From positions 2,778-66,777 of the forward strand of contig CACOCT010000004.1 of assembly GCA_902625845.1 (NCBI GenBank): DNA of 64,000 nucleotides, in the 5' to 3' direction. Position 1 is the first letter of the stretch. Each line of letters starts with the position of its first letter. The translations under genes and the position numbers were made by a program. Below the pieces are notes generated by a model. It saw only the letters and a program-made list of their open reading frames with translations, was not told the DNA's origin and ran no database searches. The DNA is from an uncultured Prochlorococcus sp. Lineage in GTDB: Bacteria; Cyanobacteriota; Cyanobacteriia; PCC-6307; Cyanobiaceae. Positions 21,807 to 32,706 of this stretch are shown here, piece by piece.

Positions 21807-24728
21807 ATGTCTGAAAATAATACATCAAAGCCAATATTACTATTAGTTGATGGACATTCACTTGCTTTTAGGAGTTTTTATGCATTTAGCAAAAGTAGGG
21901 ATGGAGGTTTAACAACAAAAGAGGGATTCCCAACTAGTGTGACATATGGTTTTCTAAAAAGTCTTCTTGATAATTGTAAGAACATAAGTCCTGAAGGTAT
22001 TTGTATTGCCTTTGATACAGAGCAACCAACTTTTCGTCATAAATTAGATCCGAACTATAAGGCTAATAGAGATGTGGCTCCTGATATTTTTTTTCAAGAT
22101 ATTGAACAATTAGAACTCATATTAAAAGAAAGTCTTAACTTACCAATTTTTAAATCTCCAGGTTTTGAAGCTGATGATCTCTTAGGTACAATCGCAAATG
22201 ATGCTTCAGCGAAAGGATGGTGTGTAAATATTCTTTCTGGAGATCGAGATTTATTTCAATTAGTTGATGACAAAAAAGATATTTATGTTCTTTATATGGG
22301 TGGAGGTCCATATGCAAAAAGTGGTAATCCAACCTTAATGAAAGAAAGTGGAGTTAAAGAAAAATTAGGTGTTTCACCAGATAGAGTGGTAGATCTTAAA
22401 GCTTTAACAGGAGACAGCTCTGATAATATTCCTGGAATAAAGGGAGTTGGTCCAAAAACCGCAATCAATCTTCTAAAAGAGAATGATACACTTGATGGCA
22501 TATATATAGCTTTGGAAAAGGTCCTACAAAATAATGGTAAAAACTACAGTGGTTTTATCAAAGGCTCAGTTAAAGAAAAACTCAAAAGTGACAAGCTTAA
22601 TGCATTTCTTTCTAGAGATTTAGCAAAAATAAATACTAAAGTTCCATTGATATTAAAAAATGGTTATGAATTAAAAAATATAAATCAAGAATCTCTTTCT
22701 GAATCACTTCAAAGATTAGAATTATCCTCTTTACATAGACAAATTGATATTTTTAATTCTACTTTTAGTAATGGAGGTTTTAGTAAAAATAATATTCTTA
22801 AAGATCAGTCAAAAGAATCAAAAGTCTTAATTAAAAATAATTTGCAAAGCGGAAGTAAACTTCCAAAAATCAATGTAAAAGTAATTAATAATCTTGATTT
22901 ACTAGATAAATTATGTAAAAAATTAGATATCAATGATGATATTGTTGCTTTAGATACGGAAACGAATAGTTTAAATCCAATTGAGGCTGAACTTGTTGGT
23001 ATAGGATTTTGTTTAGGAGAAGAAACTGAAGAACTCTTTTACATACCTATTGCTCATCAATCAAAAAAAGAGACTTTAAGGCAACTATCAATTGAAGATG
23101 TATTTTCAAGAATAAGACATTGGATCGAGAATCCAACTAAAGAAAAAGTTTTGCAAAATTGTAAATTTGATAGGCAAATTTTTTATAATCATGGTCTTGA
23201 TCTTAAAGGAGTCTCTTTTGATACCCTGATTGCAGACTATCTTCTCAATAATCAGGAGAAGCATAGTCTAAGTGAAATTAGTTTTAGAGAATTTGGTTTT
23301 AGACCGCCATCCTTTAAAGAAACTGTAGGAAAGAGTAAAGACTTTTCATTTGTAGGAATAAATGAAGCAAGTATTTACTGTGGTTATGACGTATTTCTAA
23401 CTTATAAGATCGTCAAAATTTTTAAAGAAAGATTTGCAAAGGAAAAAGAAAAATTACATAATTTATTTAACAAAGTTGAATTACCTCTTGAGCCAGTACT
23501 ATCCCAAATGGAGATGAATGGGATTTTAATTGATGTACCTTATTTAGTTGAACTTTCAAGAGAATTGAAAAGTAAATTAGAGAATATTGAATGTAAAGTT
23601 TTTGAACTAGCTAAAGAAAATTTTAATTTATCTTCCCCAAAGCAACTTGGTGAAATTTTATTTGAGAAATTAAATCTAGACAAAAAGAAATCAAGAAAAA
23701 CAAAAACAGGATGGAGTACAGATGCAGTAGTACTTGAGAGATTAGTTGATGAACATGAAATAATTCCTCATTTAATAAAACATAGAACTCTTAGCAAACT
23801 TCTAAGTACATATATTGATGCCCTTCCAAACCTAATTAGTGAAAAGACAGGAAGAGTGCATACAAACTTTAATCAAGCTGCCACTGCCACTGGAAGACTT
23901 AGCAGTAGCAATCCCAATCTTCAGAATATACCTGTTAGAACTGAATTTAGTAGAAGGATAAGAAAAGCATTCTTACCTGCAAAAGATTGGAAACTATTAT
24001 CGGCAGATTACTCGCAAATTGAATTAAGAATTCTCGCTCACTTAGCGAATGAAGAAATACTTATAAATGCATTCCATAAAAATGAAGATATTCATTCATT
24101 AACAGCAAGATTAATTTTTGAGAAAGAAGAAATAAATTCTGATGAGAGAAGAGTTGGTAAAACAATAAATTTTGGTGTTATCTATGGAATGGGGATTAAA
24201 AAGTTTGCAAGATCTACAGGAGTAAGTACGCCTGAAGCGAAAGAATTTTTAATTAAATATAAAGAAAGATATTCTAAAATTTTCAAATATCTCGAACTTC
24301 AAGAAAGGCTTGCGTTATCTAAAGGATATGTAGAGACAATTTTTGGTAGAAAGAGAGAATTTAAATTTGATAAAAATGGTCTTGGAAGACTAAAAGGAAA
24401 AGATCCTTATGAAATTGATTTACAATCTGCAAGACGAGCGGGAATGGAAGCTCAGTCATTAAGAGCTGCAGCTAATGCTCCTATTCAAGGTTCAAGTGCA
24501 GATATTATTAAAGTAGCAATGATTCAACTAAACAAAAAATTTATAGAAATGAATATTCAAGCCAAAATGCTCTTACAAGTACATGATGAATTATTATTTG
24601 AAGTTGAACCAGATGCCTTGCAAGTGACTACAAAATTAATAAAAAATACTATGGAGAATTGTGTAAAATTAAAAGTCCCTCTTCTCGTCGATATTGGAAT
24701 TGGAGACAATTGGATGGAAACAAAATAA
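21807..24728 (+). CDS. polA: DNA polymerase I
   Basis: LVDGHSLAFRSF, DYSQIELR and QVHDELLFE motifs; ATG at 21807 preferred. Confidence 0.97.
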   Translation: MSENNTSKPILLLVDGHSLAFRSFYAFSKSRDGGLTTKEGFPTSVTYGFLKSLLDNCKNISPEGICIAFDTEQPTFRHKLDPNYKANRDVAPDIFFQDIEQLELILKESLNLPIFKSPGFEADDLLGTIANDASAKGWCVNILSGDRDLFQLVDDKKDIYVLYMGGGPYAKSGNPTLMKESGVKEKLGVSPDRVVDLKALTGDSSDNIPGIKGVGPKTAINLLKENDTLDGIYIALEKVLQNNGKNYSGFIKGSVKEKLKSDKLNAFLSRDLAKINTKVPLILKNGYELKNINQESLSESLQRLELSSLHRQIDIFNSTFSNGGFSKNNILKDQSKESKVLIKNNLQSGSKLPKINVKVINNLDLLDKLCKKLDINDDIVALDTETNSLNPIEAELVGIGFCLGEETEELFYIPIAHQSKKETLRQLSIEDVFSRIRHWIENPTKEKVLQNCKFDRQIFYNHGLDLKGVSFDTLIADYLLNNQEKHSLSEISFREFGFRPPSFKETVGKSKDFSFVGINEASIYCGYDVFLTYKIVKIFKERFAKEKEKLHNLFNKVELPLEPVLSQMEMNGILIDVPYLVELSRELKSKLENIECKVFELAKENFNLSSPKQLGEILFEKLNLDKKKSRKTKTGWSTDAVVLERLVDEHEIIPHLIKHRTLSKLLSTYIDALPNLISEKTGRVHTNFNQAATATGRLSSSNPNLQNIPVRTEFSRRIRKAFLPAKDWKLLSADYSQIELRILAHLANEEILINAFHKNEDIHSLTARLIFEKEEINSDERRVGKTINFGVIYGMGIKKFARSTGVSTPEAKEFLIKYKERYSKIFKYLELQERLALSKGYVETIFGRKREFKFDKNGLGRLKGKDPYEIDLQSARRAGMEAQSLRAAANAPIQGSSADIIKVAMIQLNKKFIEMNIQAKMLLQVHDELLFEVEPDALQVTTKLIKNTMENCVKLKVPLLVDIGIGDNWMETK

Positions 24729-24751
24729 ATCTTACTTAATATTCTCAAGAT

Positions 24752-26230
24752 ATGATTAAACTTTTTAATACTTTAAGTAAAAAGATCGAGGTTTTTAAAC
24801 CAATTGATGATGTTGTAAAAATATATTGTTGTGGAGTAACGGTTTATGATTTGTGTCATCTCGGTCATGCAAGAAGTTATATTGCATGGGATATTTTAAG
24901 AAGATTTTTAATTTACAGGAATTATAAAGTGAGGTATGTGCAGAATTTTACTGACATAGATGACAAAATCTTAAAACGAGCAAAAGAGGAGAATAGTTCC
25001 ATGAAAGAGGTTTCTGAAAAAAATATTACTGAATTTCATAAAGACATGGATGCTTTAGGAATTTTGCGACCTGATAGCATGCCAAGAGCAACTAATCACA
25101 TATGCAATATCTGTTCTTTTATATCTATTCTTGAAAAGAAAGGATATGCATACTCTTCCAACGGAGATGTTTATTATTCTGTTTTTAAAAATAAAGACTA
25201 CGGCAAATTAAGCAACCAAAATATTCAAGAACAAAATATAAATCAGCAAGGCAGGATGACGAATGATGAACATAATAAAAAAGTAAATCCACAAGATTTT
25301 GCTTTATGGAAAAAGGCGAAAAATGATGAACCATTTTTTAATTCTCCTTGGGGGAAAGGAAGGCCAGGATGGCATATTGAATGCTCAGCAATGGTCAAAG
25401 ATGAGCTTGGAGATACAATTGATATTCATTTAGGCGGCTCAGACTTAATTTTCCCGCATCATGAAAATGAAATTGCTCAATCTGAAGCGGCAAATGGTAA
25501 GAAGCTTGCAAATTATTGGCTACATAATGGCATGGTCAATGTAAATGGACAGAAAATGAGTAAATCCTTGAAGAACTTCAAAACTATAAGAGAACTTATT
25601 AAAGCCGGAATAAGTCCAATGACTTTGAGATATTTTGTTCTAACTGTCAACTACAGAAAACCATTAGACTTCACAGAGGATGCATTAAAAAGTGCTTCAG
25701 AAGCATGGAAAAATATAAATGTCGCTCTCTCTTATGAAGATATTGAAAATTATAAATTTTACTCTTTTGACAAAAACCTAACGAATGAATCAATTGAGGC
25801 AAACTTTGCAGAAGCTCTAAATTTTGAAATTATTCAGAAAAAACAAAAATTTATTGATGCATTAAATAATGACCTTAATACAGCAGGTGCTATTGCCGTA
25901 ATTTATGAACTAGCAAAACCAATTAAAAACTTCATAAATCAGTTTCAAAGGATTAAAGATATTGAAATAAAATCCAAAGAGATATTTTCATTAAGTAAGA
26001 GATTTGAAATGCTGAAAGAACTTACCGAAGTTCTTGGATTACAAAAAGAAGCAATCATTAAAGAAAGCGTCATTGAAGAAGAAGAAATTAAACTTCTTAT
26101 AGACAAAAGATTAAAAGCTAAAAGAGAAAAAAATTTTACTGAAGCTGATAAAATTAGAAACTGTCTTAAAGAAAAAGGAATTGAACTTATAGATCAATCT
26201 CGCGAATTGACAACTTGGATAAGAATTTAA
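24752..26230 (+). CDS. cysS: Cysteinyl-tRNA synthetase
   Basis: HLGH, GWHIECS and KMSKS motifs. Confidence 0.97.
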   Translation: MIKLFNTLSKKIEVFKPIDDVVKIYCCGVTVYDLCHLGHARSYIAWDILRRFLIYRNYKVRYVQNFTDIDDKILKRAKEENSSMKEVSEKNITEFHKDMDALGILRPDSMPRATNHICNICSFISILEKKGYAYSSNGDVYYSVFKNKDYGKLSNQNIQEQNINQQGRMTNDEHNKKVNPQDFALWKKAKNDEPFFNSPWGKGRPGWHIECSAMVKDELGDTIDIHLGGSDLIFPHHENEIAQSEAANGKKLANYWLHNGMVNVNGQKMSKSLKNFKTIRELIKAGISPMTLRYFVLTVNYRKPLDFTEDALKSASEAWKNINVALSYEDIENYKFYSFDKNLTNESIEANFAEALNFEIIQKKQKFIDALNNDLNTAGAIAVIYELAKPIKNFINQFQRIKDIEIKSKEIFSLSKRFEMLKELTEVLGLQKEAIIKESVIEEEEIKLLIDKRLKAKREKNFTEADKIRNCLKEKGIELIDQSRELTTWIRI

Positions 26231-26312
26231 ATTTTAAGAAAAAAACCAATTTTAAAAAATTTTTTTTTAAATCACCCCAAAGGTGGGAAAATAGTAGAAA
26301 TATAAAAGGAAA

Positions 26313-27539
26313 TTGAAATACATCTCAATACTTGGTTCAACAGGTTCAATAGGAACTCAAACCCTTGAAATAGTAAAAGAACTTCCCTCTAAATTTAAAG
26401 TTGTAGCTCTCTCTGCTGGGAAGAATATAGATTTATTAACAATACAAGTAAAAATTCATCAGCCAGAAGTTATTGCTATTGAAGATGAAAATCTTTTATT
26501 AGATTTAAAAAACAATATTTCAGATCTAAAGTTAGAAAATCCTCCAATAATTTTGAGTGGGACAAACGGGATAAATTCTGTTGCTGGTTGGGACAGTGCA
26601 GATACTGTAGTTACTGGAATAGTAGGATGCGCTGGTTTAATTCCTACTATTACAGCAATTAATGCAGGCAAAAATATTGCACTCGCAAATAAAGAAACTT
26701 TAATTGCAGCAGGTTCTGTTGTTATTCCAGCCCTGAAGAAAAATAAAAGTAGGCTTTTACCTGCAGATTCAGAACACTCAGCTATTTTTCAATGTTTGCA
26801 GGGATTACCCAATTATGAAACTGCAAATTTTTTTACTGGCCAGATCCCAAAGGGTTTAAAAGCAATTCATTTAACAGCTTCTGGAGGGGCTTTTAGAGAT
26901 TTGTCAATTGAGGATTTAAAAAATGTAACTGTTAAAGATGCGACTTCACATCCAAATTGGGATATGGGTAAAAAAATAACTGTAGATTCTGCAACTCTTA
27001 TGAATAAAGGTCTAGAAGTTATTGAGGCGCATTATCTATTCGGAACATCATACGAAAATATAGAAATTGTTATTCACCCTCAAAGTATTATCCATTCAAT
27101 GATTGAATTAGATGATTCTTCATTATTAGCTCAATTAGGATGGCCTGATATGAAATTACCCATATTATATGCTTTGAGTTGGCCTGAAAGATTTAATACA
27201 AATTGGAAAAGATTAAATTTAACTGAAATAGGAGAACTTACCTTTAGAAAGCCTGATAATTTAAAATATCCTTGCATGAAACTTGCGTACTCAGCTGGAA
27301 TACACTCAGGCACTATGCCTGCAGTATTAAATGCTGCGAATGAAATATCTGTAGAACAATTTCTAAAAGAAAAAATATCTTTCCAGGAAATTCCCAAGTT
27401 TATTGAAAAAACTTGCGAAATACATTTAAAAGATCATAATAAATATCCCATCTTAGAGGATATTTTGAGTGTAGATAACTGGGCAAGAAGTTTTGTAATT
27501 GAAGAGATAAAAAAGGGTACAAAATATATAAAAGTTTAA
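26313..27539 (+). CDS. dxr: 1-deoxy-D-xylulose 5-phosphate reductoisomerase
   Basis: [19 protein letters not shown] and HPNWDMG motifs. Confidence 0.97.
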   Translation: MKYISILGSTGSIGTQTLEIVKELPSKFKVVALSAGKNIDLLTIQVKIHQPEVIAIEDENLLLDLKNNISDLKLENPPIILSGTNGINSVAGWDSADTVVTGIVGCAGLIPTITAINAGKNIALANKETLIAAGSVVIPALKKNKSRLLPADSEHSAIFQCLQGLPNYETANFFTGQIPKGLKAIHLTASGGAFRDLSIEDLKNVTVKDATSHPNWDMGKKITVDSATLMNKGLEVIEAHYLFGTSYENIEIVIHPQSIIHSMIELDDSSLLAQLGWPDMKLPILYALSWPERFNTNWKRLNLTEIGELTFRKPDNLKYPCMKLAYSAGIHSGTMPAVLNAANEISVEQFLKEKISFQEIPKFIEKTCEIHLKDHNKYPILEDILSVDNWARSFVIEEIKKGTKYIKV

Positions 27540-27573
27540 TAACTAAAGAGTTCATTTTTTTTAATGTAGAGTT

Positions 27574-28701
27574 TTATAAAGGATTTAATTCTTTCCAAGT
27601 TTCATTAAGAATATTACAAGAATATTTCACCCATTTGCTTACAACATCATCTGACCAACAACCATTTGGCGAGTGAAAACCATTATGTCCTCCTTTTTCA
27701 GTTATCAGAATTGAAAATTTTTTTTTATTTTTATTCAACAATTGACTTAGTTCATAGGTTGATTTATACGGGACCCAAGGATCATCCTTTGCATGTATGA
27801 AAAGAGAAAGAGGTAATTTTTTGGAACTTATTTTTAACTGAATTAACGGAGATGCTTTTAAATAATAGTCATCAACTGACTTATATCCCCAACTAGGTGC
27901 AGTTAATTGTTCATCAAACTCTCTTATAGTTTTTATTTTTTTTAGTTTATCTTTAATGATTTGTTGAGAAGAAGTATCTTTATTAATTAACTCACTATCA
28001 AGAACCTGTCTTTTTAGACGTCTGATTAACCATTTTTGATAAAAAAGATTTCTTGGTTTATCAATACATTCACTACATGATAATAAATCTAGGGGACTAC
28101 TTATACATGCAAGACCATCAAATAAATTCTTCTTATTATCACAATCATAATCAAGGCATGCATTAAGAAAAATAGTACCGCCAAGAGATAAGCCAATCCC
28201 AAATATTGGGAAATAATTATTACTTAAATTAAAATCATTAAACTCTCTTGAAAACTTATTTTTCAAGAAATCAACTACAGAAAATATATCTTTCGAACAT
28301 CTTGCTGAATAATTACTATTAGTTAAATATCTTCCTGATCCGGCTCCTCTCAAATTTAATTTACAGATAACAAATCCGTTACTTAATAGTTTCTTAGATA
28401 TTCTTTTTAAACCAAATCTTTTCGTTGAACCACCTAATCCATGAGTAACAACTACGAGACCCCTAAATTTATTATTTTCAGGAAATTCTAAAAAACCTAA
28501 AAGATAATCTTTCTTAGATTTATCTGATAATAAATTCTCTACAGGAATAAAAACTTTTTCTACTTTATTAGTTATTTTAAAGTCCAAACAAAATGTATCT
28601 CTAATAGTTTGAAGATCTCCTCCTATCCAAGGGAACCTTTGCCTAAAGTTTTCTTGTTCTAAAATATTGAATTTTATTAATTTACTTTTTCTACTTTGCA
28701 C
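27574..28701 (-). CDS. YheT-like alpha/beta hydrolase
   Basis: HGLGGS, GLSLGG, DDPWV and GGHNGF motifs. Confidence 0.85.
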   Translation of the reverse strand: MQSRKSKLIKFNILEQENFRQRFPWIGGDLQTIRDTFCLDFKITNKVEKVFIPVENLLSDKSKKDYLLGFLEFPENNKFRGLVVVTHGLGGSTKRFGLKRISKKLLSNGFVICKLNLRGAGSGRYLTNSNYSARCSKDIFSVVDFLKNKFSREFNDFNLSNNYFPIFGIGLSLGGTIFLNACLDYDCDNKKNLFDGLACISSPLDLLSCSECIDKPRNLFYQKWLIRRLKRQVLDSELINKDTSSQQIIKDKLKKIKTIREFDEQLTAPSWGYKSVDDYYLKASPLIQLKISSKKLPLSLFIHAKDDPWVPYKSTYELSQLLNKNKKKFSILITEKGGHNGFHSPNGCWSDDVVSKWVKYSCNILNETWKELNPL

Positions 28702-30109
28702 CTACTCCTAATTCCTTTAATTCAGTCATTATTTCACTAAGGACTTGTTTTGCATCTCCAAAGACCATTGAAGTATTTGGTAAATCAAACAAATCATTTT
28801 TGATACCGGAGTACCCTGCACTCATACCTCTTTTTATTACAAAAACAGTTCTTGCCTCCTGAACATCCAAAACTGGCATTCCATATAAAGGTGAATTTTG
28901 ATCACTTTTTGCTTGAGGATTAACTACGTCATTTGCTCCAAGAACTAATACAACATCAGTTGCAGGAAAATCTGGATTTATATTATCCATTTCTTTTAAC
29001 TGTTCATATGGAACATCAGCTTCCGCAAGTAATACATTCATATGCCCTGGCATCCTTCCTGCTACTGGATGGATCGCATATGAAACATCAATATCATTTT
29101 GCTCTAATATTTTTGCTACCTCCCTGAGAGTATGCTGCGCTTGAGCCACAGCCAAACCATAACCAGGAACAATAATAACTTTATTTGCAGCTTCCAATGT
29201 AAGAGCACATTCTTCTGCACTGCAAGAAGTTATATTTGTATATTCTCCTCCACTATCTAACTTCTTACTTTGAGAAGATAAAGTCCCACCAAATAAAACA
29301 GAAACAAGTGATCGATTCATACCTTTACACATTACCTGGGTGAGTATCAAACCAGCAGCACCAACCATTGCTCCAGCAACAATTAGAAGTTGACTCCCAA
29401 CAACAAAACCTGCTGCGGCGGCAGCAATTCCGGAATAACTATTAAGCAATGAAATAACTACAGGCATATCAGCACCACCAATTGGTAAAGTGACGCCAAT
29501 TCCTAATACTGTAGAAGAAATAACTAAAAGCCAGATTGTAGAAGTATTAACAGATTGAATTAAATTCAAAAAAGCAACTAGAGAAATTATTGCAATTGAT
29601 ATGTTTATTAAATGCCTTATTTTACTTTGTGTCCATGATGGAGTAGAAAGCCATCCTTGCAATTTTGCCATGGCAATAATTGAACCAGAGAAGGTAATTG
29701 AACCTACAAATATAGAAATGAGAATTGAAATATCTTGAATAAAAGTTTCATTTCTTTGAAAAAATATAACTCCAATTGCGACTAACAGAGATGACATTCC
29801 TCCACAACCATTAAACAATGCAACAGTTTCAGGCATAGATGTCATAGGAACTCTTTTTGCAAGAATTGCTCCAAATAAACTACCTACTAATGTACCTATT
29901 ATTATCCATAACCATGATTGTTGAGTGATCCCCTCACCAGGTTTTCCTAGATAATATGTTAGAAGGCCAATGATTGATAAAAACATTGCAAATGCAGCTA
30001 GTCTATTTGCTTCTTTAGCTGATCTAACTTTTGATAATCCTTTAATTCCTAAAGCCAAAAGTAAAACTGCAATAAGATTAATAAAAGACTGAATTAATGA
30101 AACATCCAT
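28691..30109 (-). CDS. pntB: NAD(P) transhydrogenase beta subunit
   Basis: GGADMPVVIS, HPVAGRMPGHMN and GANDVVNP motifs. Confidence 0.96.
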   Translation of the reverse strand: MDVSLIQSFINLIAVLLLALGIKGLSKVRSAKEANRLAAFAMFLSIIGLLTYYLGKPGEGITQQSWLWIIIGTLVGSLFGAILAKRVPMTSMPETVALFNGCGGMSSLLVAIGVIFFQRNETFIQDISILISIFVGSITFSGSIIAMAKLQGWLSTPSWTQSKIRHLINISIAIISLVAFLNLIQSVNTSTIWLLVISSTVLGIGVTLPIGGADMPVVISLLNSYSGIAAAAAGFVVGSQLLIVAGAMVGAAGLILTQVMCKGMNRSLVSVLFGGTLSSQSKKLDSGGEYTNITSCSAEECALTLEAANKVIIVPGYGLAVAQAQHTLREVAKILEQNDIDVSYAIHPVAGRMPGHMNVLLAEADVPYEQLKEMDNINPDFPATDVVLVLGANDVVNPQAKSDQNSPLYGMPVLDVQEARTVFVIKRGMSAGYSGIKNDLFDLPNTSMVFGDAKQVLSEIMTELKELGVGAK

Positions 30110-30112
30110 TTT

Positions 30113-30409
30113 TTACTTCAATTTTTTTGAGGGTTTACGATTAAACATTGCTAGCATCCTATCTGTAACTACAAATCCTCCAACAACATTAAAAAGAGCA
30201 AATCCGAGTGAAATTGAACCTATAATCAGTAGAGGTAAATTATTCTTAGCTGTAATTATTAAAGTCAATGCTGCAAGCATAGTTATTCCTGATACAGCAT
30301 TAGCTCCACTCATTAGAGGAGTATGTAAGGTGGGAGGCACTTTGCCTATTAGTTCTAAGCCTAAAAGACTTCCAAGCAATAAGACCCAAAATGCTTGCGC
30401 GAAATCCAT
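30113..30409 (-). CDS. pntA2: NAD(P) transhydrogenase alpha subunit, membrane part
   Basis: LHTPLMSGANA and GGFVVTDRML motifs. Confidence 0.93.
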   Translation of the reverse strand: MDFAQAFWVLLLGSLLGLELIGKVPPTLHTPLMSGANAVSGITMLAALTLIITAKNNLPLLIIGSISLGFALFNVVGGFVVTDRMLAMFNRKPSKKLK

Positions 30410-30429
30410 TTCTAATTACTGCCTCCGAT

Positions 30430-31554
30430 TTAAAAAACTTTTTCTTGAAGGATAGCTCCTTTATCGCTTATTAAACAACCTAAAATAATTTCATCATTCT
30501 TATTAATATTTAAAATCCCTTTATTGATAAATGGAGTTATTAATGCAATTAAATTTTTTGAATACAAACTACTTGCATGAAATGGAACTGAAGCGGGAAG
30601 TTCAGAGGCTCCAATAAGTTTTACTCCATTTTTAATTACTGTTTGATTTTGCTTAGTGTGGACACAATTACCACCTTGAGCAACTGCTAAGTCTACAACT
30701 ACTGAACCAGATCTCATATTTTCCAACATTTTTTCATTAATAAGTAAAGGAGCCTTCTTACCTAGAACTTGAGCTGTGCAGATAGCTACATCTGCTTCTG
30801 ATAAATGTTTAGAGAGAATTGCTCTTTGCTCTTCAAGAAATTTTGTTGAAACAGCTTTAGCATATCCGCCCGATTCCGAAGGCTTTTCATCGACCTCTGG
30901 TAAATTAATAAATTTTGCACCAAGTGACTCAACTTGTTCTTTCACAGCTGGTCTTATATCAGAAACGAAAACCAAAGCACCAAGTCTTTTTGCAGTAGCT
31001 ACAGCTTGCAAGCCTGCCACTCCTCCACCAAGAACAACTACTTTTGCTGGTTGAACAGTTCCAGCAGCGGTCATAAGCATTGGAAAATATCTATCTAATT
31101 CACTTGCAGCTAATAAAACTGATTTATAACCAGCTATATTTGCTTGAGAAGAAAGTACATCTGAGGATTGAGCCCGACTTATTCTAGGTAAGAGTTCTAA
31201 TGCTATTGCTGATAATTTCAGATCAGATAATAATTTTGCAAGATCTTTATTACCAAAAGGATTTAACAATCCAATAATTAAACAACCTTCTTTTAATTTA
31301 TTTAATTTTTCATAATTTGGACAATGAATACAAAAAATAACATCAATGTCTTTCCAGTGATTAAAATCTTGTTGAGTAAAAATTATTCCTCCACTTTCTT
31401 CATAAGAAAAGTCTTTAAACCCTGATAGTTCTCCTGCTGATTTTTCAATATATACATCACATCCAAGGTTTTTTAATTTTTTTACAGTTTCTGGAGTCGC
31501 TGAAACTCTTCTTTCTCCAATTGATGTCTCGATTGGTATTAAAATTTTTGTCAA
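30430..31554 (-). CDS. pntA: NAD(P) transhydrogenase alpha subunit, soluble part
   Basis: ERRVSATP, PRISRAQS and GGGVAGLQA motifs. Confidence 0.95.
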   Translation of the reverse strand: MTKILIPIETSIGERRVSATPETVKKLKNLGCDVYIEKSAGELSGFKDFSYEESGGIIFTQQDFNHWKDIDVIFCIHCPNYEKLNKLKEGCLIIGLLNPFGNKDLAKLLSDLKLSAIALELLPRISRAQSSDVLSSQANIAGYKSVLLAASELDRYFPMLMTAAGTVQPAKVVVLGGGVAGLQAVATAKRLGALVFVSDIRPAVKEQVESLGAKFINLPEVDEKPSESGGYAKAVSTKFLEEQRAILSKHLSEADVAICTAQVLGKKAPLLINEKMLENMRSGSVVVDLAVAQGGNCVHTKQNQTVIKNGVKLIGASELPASVPFHASSLYSKNLIALITPFINKGILNINKNDEIILGCLISDKGAILQEKVF

Positions 31555-31682
31555 TTTAAGATTAATTTAGACATCCTAAGGATATATTGATTTGAATTAA
31601 AAGTCTTAGAAATTTTATTAAAGATATATTTTCTTTTATTTAAAAATTAGCTATCAAGAAAATATACAGAAAATTTTATCTA

Positions 31683-32261
31683 ATGAGTATAAAAGCTATT
31701 GAGTGCCCAGATGGCGTTTGTCATAGTCATCATGGAGGTCATGCCGTCCCAAGACAGGCTATGCAAAAGAATCTCCAGAGTCATGGAAGAGAATGGTGCG
31801 AAAAATTAGCCGAAAGAATTTATGAAATGTCCGTAGATACCTATTCTCAAACCGTTATGCCAAGTCTTCATTCCTCTGGATGGCAAAGACGCCATTTAGA
31901 TTGGGAATTTAAATTGGCCGAGAATGATTCAGAACCAGATGAAGCACTTGTTGAAGGAATTATTAACGCAACTGAAAGTTTTCTTAGAAGCAGCGAAGTA
32001 CATAGATTATTTATACAAGAATTAGTTCAAGGGACTTTTGAGGAGGCCAATGATAAAAAATTAATTTCAAAAGCCATAAAAACTATTATTGAAGAAGAAA
32101 TAATTAACTCGTTAAGAGATAGGAAACAAGATTTATTGAAAAAATTATCTTCAAAATTGATATCTGAAGAAAGGATCAGCGAAGAATTAGCATTTAATTC
32201 AGCTAATGAAGGTTTTGAAGAAGTGGAGAGATTACTGATGAATCATACAGAAGCAGTATAA
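31683..32261 (+). CDS. Conserved hypothetical protein with N-terminal Cys/His cluster
   Basis: 192 aa ORF; CPDGVCHSHHGGH. Confidence 0.8.
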   Translation: MSIKAIECPDGVCHSHHGGHAVPRQAMQKNLQSHGREWCEKLAERIYEMSVDTYSQTVMPSLHSSGWQRRHLDWEFKLAENDSEPDEALVEGIINATESFLRSSEVHRLFIQELVQGTFEEANDKKLISKAIKTIIEEEIINSLRDRKQDLLKKLSSKLISEERISEELAFNSANEGFEEVERLLMNHTEAV

Positions 32262-32373
32262 ATTTTTAATTTTGCAGCGAGAGGAAATAATAAGCTTAAA
32301 ATATTAAAAAAACATAAAATTATTGTTTATTAGTACAAAGTTGTACCCTATTTAACAATAATTAACCATAAAA

Positions 32374-32637
32374 ATGTGCTTTTCTATATTAAACAAACTT
32401 TTTAGTATGGAAAATTTCCACAGAAGGAGAATAGATATTGCAACCTGCTGGGCCTCTAATAGGATTACAGTTATGGATAGTCTAGAAAAATATGAAGATA
32501 GTTATGCTATCGCAGAAGAATTTAGAGAATGGATAGTAAACATGGGCCAAGATAGCAGTAACTTTTCAGATTGTGTACTAAATTTCCCAAAAAATTTGAA
32601 TAAATTGCTTGATAAAAAAATAAGAGAAGAAAATTAA
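32374..32637 (+). CDS. Small hypothetical protein (start may be ATG 32407)
   Basis: YEDSYAIAEEFREWI picocyanobacterial-type motif. Confidence 0.7.
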   Translation: MCFSILNKLFSMENFHRRRIDIATCWASNRITVMDSLEKYEDSYAIAEEFREWIVNMGQDSSNFSDCVLNFPKNLNKLLDKKIREEN

Positions 32638-32706
32638 ATTTTTCTCTTAAAAATTAATAATTTATAAATTTAATAATTAGAATAAAAAATAATTTAAAAA
32701 ATATTA

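Noticed and set aside
26271-26290. Small GC-rich hairpin between cysS and dxr
   Set aside because: The stem is short and imperfect with no U-tract, which is insufficient for a terminator or ncRNA call.
32333-32346. GTA-N8-TAC upstream of a hypothetical gene (also at 56420-56433)
   Set aside because: The bare core is expected many times by chance in 64 kb of AT-rich DNA. Neither site has an extended palindrome, and the 32333 site lacks a properly spaced -10.
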